From Candidatus Eiseniibacteriota bacterium (GTDB taxonomy: Bacteria; Eisenbacteria; RBG-16-71-46), in NCBI GenBank assembly GCA_031364845.1, contig JANLWX010000181.1, positions 1-54,969 on the forward strand: DNA of 54,969 bases, written 5' to 3'. The position numbers and the translations under genes were made by a program. Below the pieces are notes generated by a model. That model was not told where the DNA came from and searched no databases. It saw only the letters and a list, made by a program, of their open reading frames with translations. The first letter of the stretch is position 1; each line of letters starts with the position of its first letter. Shown here in pieces: positions 29,701 through 39,300 of this stretch.

Positions 29701-30139
29701 CCGGCGCCCAGGTGACGCTGGTCGCGAGGTAGATGTTGCCCGTGTACTGCGTCCACTTCGCGGTCGCGCCGAAGTCATCGGAACCCGCGACGATCACACC
29801 GGGCTCCGCCTGCACGACGACCGGGCTCGCGGCGGTTCCGGTAGCCGAAAACTTCACGATCTCACGATAGACCCCAGGCTTGACCACGATCGTGTTGCCG
29901 GCCGCGGCGCGCGCCGATACGGCGGCCTTGATCGTCTTGTACGGCGTGCCGATCGTGCCGGGGCCGGAGTCGGTCGCGCCTGGATGCGTTCCGTCGACGT
30001 AGTAGGTCAAGGCAAACGCGCTCGTCGCCGCGAGCAGAAGGGCCGCCGAACCGGCCACCGCGCACAGCGCGCGGCGTACGACCCGGGATTTCGTCATGAC
30101 GTTCGACAGCAGGTGCTGGGGCGCCTGTTCGATGAGCAT
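23774..30139 (-). CDS. Secreted beta-helix protein, paralog 4 (beta-helix, 10 Ig repeats, PKD, CBM, Ig, CBM, FlgD-like CTD)
   Basis: Domains counted by hand in the translation; start uncertain (30139 or 30097, before signal peptide ...ATSAFA). Confidence 0.85.
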   Translation of the reverse strand: MLIEQAPQHLLSNVMTKSRVVRRALCAVAGSAALLLAATSAFALTYYVDGTHPGATDSGPGTIGTPYKTIKAAVSARAAAGNTIVVKPGVYREIVKFSATGTAASPVVVQAEPGVIVAGSDDFGATAKWTQYTGNIYLATSVTWAPAQVFANGARLTPSTDAAASLGSNTFRYVSGTGLYVNVGGGNPAARACEVGRRANGFDVSGAYVTLDGFTVTRTEDVGIQAGGQNLTVQNCTVTFANKYGLRLSASTGALIAGNIVGDSNDHGIYVTGTTSSLVKNNECFRNARPAQRAANGINIYDSPGCTVDGNNCHDNQDSGIQFYSGSNDCLSRNNVSWNNGDHGYDHVRSTGVVHIHNLAYGNYKDGFSFEGDSPGGKLYNSIAVDNGITTNEYDLWVDTASATGFVSDYNLFWNSTSQKPVKFISIYSSVASYSSATGRDAHSLQLNPLFANAGSGNFRLSTGSPAIDNAITSITGWPSADVLGAARFDVTSVANTGSGPVTFADRGPYEFGSPGAAVDRAPTVSAPASVGGAEGTPVIVTVTASDPDGHAITNLVADLSALPAGHGATFTKNAANTSGTLTWTPAFTHSRATPYSVTFTATNALAATATTAITIANIDRAPIAMSPASVSGNENSAISVAVTASDPDSDAIANLTADLSGLPAGHGATFTKNASNTAGTFTWTPTFADAGGPYPIIFTAGNNLSGRDTTLVSVVNIDRAPAISAPALVVTPEMQQLTLAIAAADSDGDAIGTLVADLSGLPGGHDAVFTPGASNATGTLTWTPGAIDAPGPYVVGFTAANALSGSTTTSVRIDRLPVVTVTPSANATEGDAVSLSVTAHDPDSDEIVTLSADFSHLPPGHGAVFTPNGTHTGGTLTWTPGFQDAGDFTVDFVARSGGSTAAPVGGGIIEWSGSGAASTVLHVDNVDRAPSVVAAPNAAAPEGGQLTFVMSAFDPDGDAITSLTADLSAFPLLNDAEFVANASNTGGTLTWTPQPLDSLFDPYTVTFTASNALSGSATTQVVIDRAPVVSALPVATTLEQQPVSVAVTVSDPDDDPITSLVADLSALPAGSNASFTPAAGNTSGTLAWTPSFDDAGSYAVTFTAHNGLSASTQTSVIVANVDRAPSISAPTTRRAPEGAPFTMHIDATDPDGDPIALLTADLSALPALHDAAFVADDGNTGGTLTWTPSAADAPGPYDVVFHATNLMSGTSTTSIAVDRHPVISVEPVVSVNERQTLSLSLSATDPDGDAFNSFTADLSGLPAGHDAVFTPNASHSAGTLTWTPTFADAPGPYTVTFHANAGLAATAGTSIDVGQADAPPVITASATASVAAGGTLTLEITAADSDGDAIIALEADLSALPPGNPATFVPNAEHTAGTLTWTPAAGDGHGPFVITFTASNALSATRVTAVSHDRAPVVTAPAALHVNENSSFAFGVTAADADGDAIASLTASGLPAGATFSSNAANTSGSFEWTAPLGAGRLAPYDITFTATNALSGSSMTQVYVNARPNAVLAVTPASGGAPHVVTADAGGSSDADGVVSSYTFNFGEGAAVGPRPGATATHTYASAGTYVITVTVTDDHGATATATRSVTVTASNLVGNPGFESNTTGWSSVGSAVLARVAGGRSGGFCLEMRAPSTGSFGATDSPNWIANVPTAGAPFTISAWVRSAVHRGEVKLKVKEYVGTTQYGSTAYSNIVTLSPTWQLVTVNYTTVRAGSTLDLSVNEYPIVTAEIFQMDDVSITSSSGTVADRAPVVSAAATASVAEGALMTVSVTAADPDGHAITALTADLSNLPAGHNAVFTANAAKTAGTLTWTPTANDGRAAAYSVTFTATNALSGTAATAITVTDVPAGGGGGGGGTNLVANGGFETDVTGWIRVGSTTLVRTAGGHSGSFCLEVRNSTSSTGGIADNPNIVPTVAAANITYRLSMWVRSALHHGSAKIKVKEYLGGVQQGSTAMSPGLALTQAWQLVTFDYVTRAAGSSLEIEFNDYPIVTGEIFQVDDISVVKVVNAALPSAQARVESSSGAPALTFGAWVTNPVHGSGVLHFTLTRPGPVKVELFDLEGRVVSRPMDEPLMTGGRHEVAIRAHGDSRRMPVGTYFYRVRASEGMKSGRFVVLE

Positions 30140-30321
30140 GGAGACCGCTTCGAGAGAGGGGGGGCTCACGACGTGGACTGTTTGCGTTTGATGTGTGCAG
30201 GGTTCGGTGGGCAGCCGGGTCCGGGCCTTGCGGCCCGGCCCGCTTCGCGCACGCGGGGGACCCGTGCGGCTGCCACTGCGGGCGCCCGGACCACTACGGC
30301 CGGGCGCCAACCGTCATCCGA

Positions 30322-33300
30322 TCATTCGAGCACCACGAAGCGTCCGATCTTCACGCCTTCCGCAGCGCTCAGCCGGTAGAAGTAGGCGCCGGCCGGCATC
30401 TGCTGCGCACCGTCCTTCGAGCGGATCGCGAGCTGGTGACGACCGATCGACATCGACGGCTCGTCGAGCGGACGGCTCACGACACGACCCGCGAGGTCGA
30501 AGAGCTCGACCCGGACCGGACCCGCCTTGGTCAGCGTGAAGTTCATCACGCCGCTCGCGTGCACCGGATTCATCATCGTGACTCCGAATGCGAGCGCACC
30601 CTGGTCCATCACGTCCGCCGGCGTCTGTGCCAGCGGCTGAGCGGAGTTGGTCACGACCGTGATCGAGACGTCGTCGAGTTGGAAGATCTCCTGCGTCACG
30701 ACCGGATAACCGGCCACTTCGATGTCGATCGTCGAACCGGCACGCACCGAGGTGTAGTCGACCGTCAACAGCTGCCAGGTCGCCGACAACGTGATGACCG
30801 GCGAGTAGATCGTCGAACCCTGCTGCGTGGTGCCCACGAACTCCTTGACCTTGAGCTTCGTCGTGCCGCGATGGACCGCGGAACGGATCCAGGCGCTCAC
30901 CCGGTATTTGGTGCCGATCGCAGGGACGCTCGCGACCCAGTTCGGGTTGTCGTTCACGCCATAGCTGGACGTCGAAGGCGCCTTCACTTCCATGCAGAAG
31001 CTGCCGGTGCGCCCGCCTGCGACACGCGTCAGCGTGGCGCTGCCGGTACCGGCCCAGCCGGTGAGATTGGTCTCGAAGCCGGGGTTACCCACCAGGTTAC
31101 TGCCCCCTGCCGGCACATCGACCACCGTGATCGCGGTGGTCGCCGATCCCGACAGCGCATTGGTCGCGGTGAACGTCACGTTGTACGGAGCGACACGGCC
31201 GTCGGCAGAGGTCGGGGTCCACGTCAGCGTGCCCCCGGTCTTCGTCCCGTTCGCCACGAACGTGGCGTTGTGACCCGCCGGCAAGTTCACGAAGCTCGCG
31301 ACGAGCGTCGTGATGGCGTCGCTGTCCGGATCCGCCGCCGTGATCGCGACAGTGATCACCGAGCCTTCGTTGCCGCTCGCGGTCGCCGCGGCCGTCACCA
31401 CCGGCACCCGGTCCACGTTGGTCACCGTGATCGCGGTGCTCGCCGATCCGCTCGCTGCATTCGCCGCGGTGAACGTGACGGTGTAGGGAGCGACGCGACC
31501 GTGACTGAAGGTCGGCGTCCACGTCAGCGTGCCCTGGGTCTTCGCCGCGTTCGCAACGAACGTCGCGTTGTGACCCGCCGGCAGGCCCGTCACGTTCGCG
31601 GTCAGCGAAGTGATCGGATCGCTGTCCGGGTCCGAAGCGTTGACGACGATCGACAGCTGCTGATTCTCGTTCACGGTCGCCGTCGCCGGAGCCGTGACCA
31701 CCGGCGGGTTCGTCACGGCGATCGCCGTCGTGCCCTGACCCGAGAGTGTATTGGTGGCGGTGAACGTCACGTTGTACGGCCCGGGGCCGTCCGCGTTCTG
31801 CGGCGTCCAGGTCAGCGTGCCCGAAGTCTTCGACGCGTTCGGCGTGAACACTGCGTTGTTGCCGGCCGGCAGGTTCGTCAGATTCGCGGCGAGCGTGGTG
31901 ATCGCGTCACCGTCCGGATCCGCCGCGGTGATCACGAGCGACATCTGCACGTTCTTCTGCGCCGCTGCCGTGGCGCCCGCCGTCACGACCGGAGCGCGGT
32001 CGACATTGTTGACCGTGATCGAGGTCGAGGCCGAACCCGACAGCGCGTTCGCCGCCGTGAACGTGACCGAGTACGGATTCACCCGGCCGTCCGAGAACGT
32101 CGGAGTCCACGTCAGCGTGCCCGCGGTCTTCGTGCCATTCGGCGTGAATACCGCGTTGTGGCCCGCCGGGAGTCCGGTCACGTTCGCCGTCAGCGACGTG
32201 ATCGCCTCCGCGTCCGACGCGGTGACGTTCACGGTCAGAAGCCCGTTCTCGTTCACCGACGCCGTTGCCGGCGCAATCACTACCGGCGGATTGTCCACGG
32301 TTCCGTTGAGTCGCGTGATCGACACGTCGTCGACCTGGAAGATCTCCTGCGTCACGACCGGATAACCCGCCACTTCGAGGTCGATGGTCGAGCCCGAGCG
32401 CAGGCTGGTGTAGTCCACGGTCAGCAGCTGCCACGTGGCCGACAGTGTGAGAACCGGTGAATAGACCGTCGAGCCCTGCTGCGTGCTGCCCACGAACTCC
32501 TTCACCTTGAGCTTGATCGTGCCCCGATGGCTCGCCGAGCGCACCCACGCGCTCAGCCGGTACTGCGTTCCGATCGCCGGAACGCTCGCAACCCAGTTGG
32601 GGTTGTCGTTCACGCCGTAGCTCGAGGTCGACGGCGCCTTCACTTCCATGCAGAAGCTGCCACTGCGCCCACCCGTGACACGCGTCAGTGTCGCGCTGCC
32701 GACAGGCGACCAGCCCGTCAGGTTGGTCTCGAAGCCAGGGTTGCCGACCAGATTGGACGGAGCATTGCTCACGGTCACGGCCGCCGTCGCGGTCGCGGTG
32801 GCGCCGAGGTTGTCGGTCACCGTCACCGTCGCCGTCCAGTTGCCGGCCGTATAGGTGTGGTTCGTGATCGCCGAAGCCTGAGGTCCGACGACCGGCGAAC
32901 CGTCACCGAAGTTGAACGTGTAGGAGGCGATCGAACCGTTGTCGGTCGATCCGCCCGCGTTGAGCTGGGCGTTGACCGACACGTTGCCCGACGACGGGCT
33001 CGCGACCAGCGCCGCGACCGGCGGCGGATTGATCGAGATCGCCGTGCTCGCAGAACCCGACAGCGCATTCGCCGCCGTGAAGCTGACGTTGTAAGGCGCC
33101 ACCCGGCCGGTGCCGGCCGCGGGCGTCCAGCTGAACGAGCCCGACGTGTTGCTACCGTTCGGTACGAACGTCGCGTTGTGGCCCGCCGGCAAGTTGGTGA
33201 GCGTCGGGGTGAACGAGGTGATCGCGTCACCATCCGGATCGGCGGCCGTCGCCGTGAAGCTGATGAGCGTCGCTTCGTTGCCACCCGCGGTCGACGTGAC

Positions 33301-36300
33301 CGTCACGACCGGTGCGCGGTCGACGTTGGTCACCGTGATCGCGCTCGAGGCCGAACCCGGCTGGCTGTTGGTCGCCGTGAACGTCACCGAGTACGGCGTG
33401 ATGTTGCCGTCGGCGTACGTCGGCGTCCACGTCAGCGTGCCGCCGGTGTTGGAGCCGTTGGGCGTGAACGATGCGTTGTGTCCCGCCGGCAGACCCGTGA
33501 GCGTCGCGGTCAGTGAAGTGATCGCGTCACCATCGGGATCCGAAGCGGTCACCGGCAGCGACAGCTGCTGGTTTTCGTTCACCGTGGCCGTCGCGTTCAC
33601 CGTGACGACCGGCGCGCGATCGTTGGTCACTGAAGTGCTCGCCGAGCCCGAGAGCGCGTTCGTCGCGGTGAAGGACACCGTGAACGGACCGTGCGCGTCA
33701 CCCGGCTGCGGCGTCCAGGTCAGCGTGCCGCCCGTGTTGCCGCCATCGGCGACGAACGCGGCGTTGCCGGCCGGAAGCGACGAGAAGTTCGCGACCAGCG
33801 TCGTGATGGCTTCACCGTCCGGATCGGACACCGACACGTGCATCGAGAGCGGCGCGGTCGGACCCGTGAACACCGACGCCGGGGCCGTGACGACCGGAGC
33901 GCGGTCGACGTTGCCGACCGTGATGCTGGTGGTCGCGGTTCCATTCTGTGAAGGACTGCCCGAGACGGCCGTGAACGTTACCGAGTACGGACCCGGCGCA
34001 GCCGTGTACGGCGGCGTGAACGTCAGCGTGCCGCCCGTGTTGGTGCCGTTCGGCGTGAACGACTTGTTGAGGCCCGGCAGCGCCGACAGATCGGCGGTCA
34101 GCGAGCTGATCGCGTCGTTGTCGGCATCCGCCGCCGTGATCGCGAAGTTGAGCTGCAGGTTCTCGTTGATGCTGGTGCTGGCCGCGGCCGTCACGACCGG
34201 CGGACGGTTGATCGTCACCGACGTGCTGCCGCTGCCGCTCAGGGCGTTCGCCGCCGTGAACGTGATCGAATACGGACCCGGCGCTTCCGAGAGCAGCGGC
34301 GTCCAGGTCAGGGTTCCACCGGTGTTCGTTCCGTTCGGCGTGAACGACGCGTTGTTGCCGGCCGGAAGATTCGTGAGGTTCGCGAGCAGGCTGCCGATCG
34401 CTTCACCGTCGGGATCCGACGCCGAAACCGCGACCGAGAGCTGCGTGCCGACACGCGCGGGCGACAGCGCCGGAACCGAGACCACCGGAGCGCGGTCGGA
34501 GTTGTTGACCGTGATCTGGGTGCTCGACGTTCCCGACAGCGTGTTCGTCGCGGTGAAGGACACCGTGTAAGGACCCGGCGCGTCGTTGAACGTCGGCGTC
34601 CACAGCAGCGTGCCGGCGGTCTTGTTCGCGTTGGGCGTGAACACCGCGTTGTGGCCCGCCGGCAGGCCGGTCAGGTTCGCGGTGAGCGAGATGATCGGCT
34701 GGCCCGGATCGGGGTCGGCCGCCGTGATGCTGAACGAGAGCTGCTGGTTTTCGGTCACGCTGGTCGAGGCCGCGGCGGTGACGACCGGCGCGCGATCGAC
34801 CGTGATGACCGTGTTCTTGTTGGTGCTCGACAGCGCATTGTGCGCCGCGAAGATCACCGTGTACGGGCTGTTGAGTCCGTCGCCCGCCTGGGGCGTCCAC
34901 GTAAAGGTGCCCGACAGGTTGTTCCCGGCAGGCGTGAGCACGGCATTGTGTCCGGCCGGAAGGCCCGTGGTGTTGAGCGACAGCGACGTGATCGCGTCAC
35001 CGTCGGGATCCGACGCCGTCACGACGAACGAAAGCTGTGTGCCCTCGGCGACCAGCGCGGTGGCCTGCGCGGTCGTGACCGGAGCGCGGTCGACGTTGTT
35101 GACGGTGATTGTGGTCGTCACGCTGGTCGAGAGGCCTCCGACATTCGCCTCGTGCCCGACCGCGACCGCCCCGAGTGCGGGGGCACCCGAGACGGCGGTG
35201 AACGTGACCAGATAAGGACCGGGCGCGTTGCTGAAGTTCGGCGTCCAGGTCAGCGTGCCACCCGAGTTGTCGACCGCGGGAACGAACGAGCCGTTCCCTG
35301 CCGGCAGACCGCTGAGGTCGGCGGTGAGGGAGCTGATCGGCGTGCCGTCGGGATCCGACGCGGTCACACCGACCGTCAGCACCTGATTCTCATCGACGCT
35401 CACGTTGGTGAGCACGGCGACGACCGGGTGACGGTCGATCGTCACGACGGTGGTGTCCTTGCCCGACAACGCATTCGTCGCGGTGAAGATGATCGAGTAC
35501 GGACCCGGCGCCTCGCCCGGCGTCGGCGTCCACGTGAGCGTTCCCGCGGTGCGCGTACCGTTCGGCGTGAACACGGCGTTGTTTCCGCCCGGCAGGCCGG
35601 TGAGATCCGCGCTCAGCGCGGTGATGGCGTCGCCGTCCGCGTCGGACGCCGAGACGTCGAACGACAGCGCGGCGTTTTCGGCGATCGACTTCGTTGCGGG
35701 CGCCACGACGACCGGCGCGCGATCGACGTTGACGACCGCGACCGACGTCGCAGCGGAATCGGTCAGCGTGTTGGTGGCGATGAAGCGCACGACGTACGGA
35801 CCGGGCGCGTCACTGTAAGTGGGCGTCCAGGTGAACGTGCCGCCGGTCAGCTCGGCGTTCGGCGTGAACACCGCGTTGTGACCCGCCGGCAGACCCGACA
35901 GTCTCGCGGTCAGCGAGGTGATCGGCGCGCCATCGGGATCGGTCGCGATGACACCGATCGAAAGCTGCTGGTTCTCGTTCACGCTCGCGTTCGTGAGCGC
36001 AGTGACGACCGGACGGTGATCGACCGAGATCTGCGTGGTCGATGCGACACCGGTCAGCGTGTTCGCCGCGGTGAACGTCACCGCATAGGGGCCGGCGTCG
36101 GCAGGATTCGGCGTCCAGCTCAGCGTACCGCCGGTCTTCGTGCCGTTCGCGACGAACGACGCGTTGTTGCCGGCCGGCAGCGCCGAGAAGTCGGCGGTGA
36201 GGCTCGTGATCGCGTCACCGTCCGGATCGGCCGCCGTGATGACGAGCGCGAACGGCGCGCTCTCGGGAGCCAGAGCGGTCGCGGCGGCCGTGACGGCCGG

Positions 36301-39300
36301 CGCGCGGTCGACGTTGTTGACCGAGACCGACGTGGTGCCGCTGCCGCTCAGCACGTTGGTCGCGGTGATCGTGATGCTGTAGGCGGACGGGGCGTCGTTG
36401 AAGCTCGGCGTCCACGTCAGCGTGCCTCCGGTGTTGGTCCCGTTGGGAACGAACGCGGCGTTGTGGCCGGCCGGGAGGTTTGTGAAGTTGGCGGTCAGCG
36501 AAGTGATCGCCTGGCCATCGGGATCGCTCGCCGTGACCGGAATCGACACCTGCTGACCCTCATTGGTGCTGAAGCTCGCCCCCACGTTCACGACCGGACG
36601 GCGGTCGACGTTGATCGACGTGCCGGCGTTGCCGTTGAGCGCGTTCGAAGCGAGGAAGTTGACCGTGTAGGGGCTGTTGAGCCCGTCGTTGGTGAGCGGC
36701 GTCCAGGTCAGCGTGCCCGTGAGGTTGTTGGCACCCGGAGTGAACGACGCGTTGTTCCCGCCCGGAAGTCCGTTCAGGTTCGCGCTGAGTGTCGTGATCG
36801 CGTCGCCATCGGGATCGACGATCGTGATGCTGACGGTGAGCGGCTGATTCTCCCCGACGTTGACCGTCGCGGGTGCGGTAATCACGGGAGCGCGGTCGAT
36901 GTTCACGACCGTGATCGCCGTGGTGGCGGCACCGCTCGTCGAGCTGGTGGCGGTGAACGTCACCGAATACGAGCCCGAGTCGGCATAAGTGGGAGTCCAC
37001 ACCAGCGATCCGCCGGTGTTGGTTCCGTTCGGCGTGAACACAGCCCCCGGTGGCAGCGTGCTCGAGGTCAGCGAGACGATCGTCTCGCCTTCGGGCTCCG
37101 ACGCCGTGATGGCGAGCGACAGCAAGGCATTCTCGTTGACCGTCGCGGTCGGGACGACCGTCACGATCGGATCACGATTCACGTTCGTGACGTGAATCGA
37201 GGTCGAGGCGTTTCCGCTCAACGTGTTGGCACCCGTGAACGTCACGCTGTACGTGCCCGAGTCCGAATACGCCGGGGTCCACGTCAGCGTGCCCCCAGAG
37301 TTGCTGCCGTTGGGCGTGAACACCGCGTTGTGGCCGGCCGGCAGGCCGGTCAGATTCGCGGTCAGCGAGGTGATCGGCTGCCCGTCCGGGTCTGCCGCGG
37401 AAACGTCGAGCGACAGGAGCTGGCCTTCCAGGACGTCGACGCTCGAAGGCGCCGCCACGATCGGCGTCTGGTCGAACTGGTTGACCGTGACCGACGTGGT
37501 CGCGGTGCCCGACAGCGCGTTGGTCGCGGTGAACACAATGTCGTAGCTGCCCGGACCGTCATCGACGGTGGGCGTCCACGTGAGCGTGCCCGCGGTCCTG
37601 GTCGCGTTCGGCGTGAAGACGGCGTTGTTGCCGACCGGCAGGTTCGACAGATCCGCCGTCAGCGACGAGATCAGATCGCCGTCGAGATCGGCCGCCGTGA
37701 TGCTGAACGTGAGCAGCTGGGTTTCGGTGACCGACGCGGTTGCCGCGGCCGTTACGGTCGGCGCGCGATCGACGTTGCTGACGAGCACCGGGACGATCGT
37801 CGAACCGCCGCCGCCGGCATTGGTGGCGATGAAGGTGACGTTGTATGCCGCGGCACGGGCGTCGTTCTGGGTCGGCGTCCACGTGAAGGTACCCGAGGTC
37901 TTGGTTCCGTTCGGAACGAAGGCCGCGTTGTGCCCCGCGGGCAGCGCCGACATGTCGGCGACGAATGAGTCGATCGGCTGGCCGTCGGGATCAGAAGCGG
38001 TGACCACGAAGCTGATCGGGCTGACTTCGGCACCTGAAGCAGACGCCGGTCCGTTCACGATCGGATTCGAGACCGCGAGTTGCTGGACGATGACGTTGTC
38101 GATGTTGAACTTCTCGCCGGCGACGATCGGAGAGTCGAGGACGTTGAAGTCGATCGAGGAATTGACACCGAGCGGCGTGTAGTCGATGAAGAGCTTCTGC
38201 CACGTGGTGGACAGCGTCACGCTGTTCGAATACGAGGTCCCGAGCGAAGCATTGGCGCTCGAGAACTCACGCAGCCGAATCCGCGCGACACCGCGATGGA
38301 CGTCCGAGCGCACCCACGCTTCGAAGTGGAACAGCGTTCCGAGCGGGCCCGAGTTGGTCACCACGTTCGGAGAGTCATTGATACCGAACATCACGGTGCC
38401 CGTCGCAGCTCCACGTGACAGTACCGACTTCGTGCCGATCTGGCCGCCCGTGACGAGCGTGTCGGTGGCGGCGGTGGTGCCCGCCGAAGGCGTAGGACTC
38501 CAACCGGTCAGATTGGTCTCGAACGACGAATTGGTCACCATGTTGCCGCCGGTTCCCAGCGCCTGCACCGTGATCGAGGGGGAAATCGAGCTGCCGCCAC
38601 GATTGTCGGTGGCGATCACCTGGACCGGCCACGTGCCGACGGCATAAGTGTGGGTCGCGCTCGAGGAGACCTGGGGTCCGACGATCGTGCCGTCGCCGAA
38701 ATCGAACTGGTAGGACACGATGCTGCCATCGGGATCGCTGGACGATGATGCGTTCGCGGTCACGAGCAGCGGCGCATTGCCCGAGCGCGGAGTCACCGAC
38801 AGCGCCGCGTTCGGCAGCAGGTTCGGTTTGGTGACCGTAATCGAAGACGTCGTGGAGCCGCTCAGCGCGTTCGACGCCGTGAAAGTGATGTCGTACGGAA
38901 CAACGTTCGACATGCCTGAGGCCGGGGTCCAGGTCAATGTCCCTGAAGTGTTTGCGCCGTTCGTGACAAACGTGGCGTTGTGTCCGGGCGGAAGAAGCGA
39001 AAGATCCGCTGACAGTGAGGTGATCGGGTTGCCGTCAGGGTCGCTGACGGAAACGACGACCTGAACCACCTGGCCCTCGTCGAGCGTGAACGTTACCGGA
39101 TTCGCAACAACGACCGGCGGGCGGTCACCCTGGATGACCGTGTCGATCTTCGAGGCGACGGTGGCCTGGCCGAGATTGTCGACGACCGTGAGGCTCGCCG
39201 TGTACGTGCCCCCGGTGGGATAGATGTGGCTGGAGGTCGGACTCAGCTGCGGTCCGACGCTGAAGCCGTCACCGAAGTTGAACCAGTACGCGACGATCGA

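Noticed and set aside
30659..32757. Duplicated CBM segments as a possible diversity-generating retroelement TR/VR pair
   Set aside because: Both copies are in-frame coding domains, differences are not visibly adenine-specific, and no reverse transcriptase is present.
34651..37968. Long plus-strand ORFs antisense to real genes (also 127-2262, 27617-30379, 30193-32460, 44216-46708)
   Set aside because: Shadow ORFs caused by high-GC codon bias; Arg/Ser-rich with no recognisable motifs, opposite well-supported genes.
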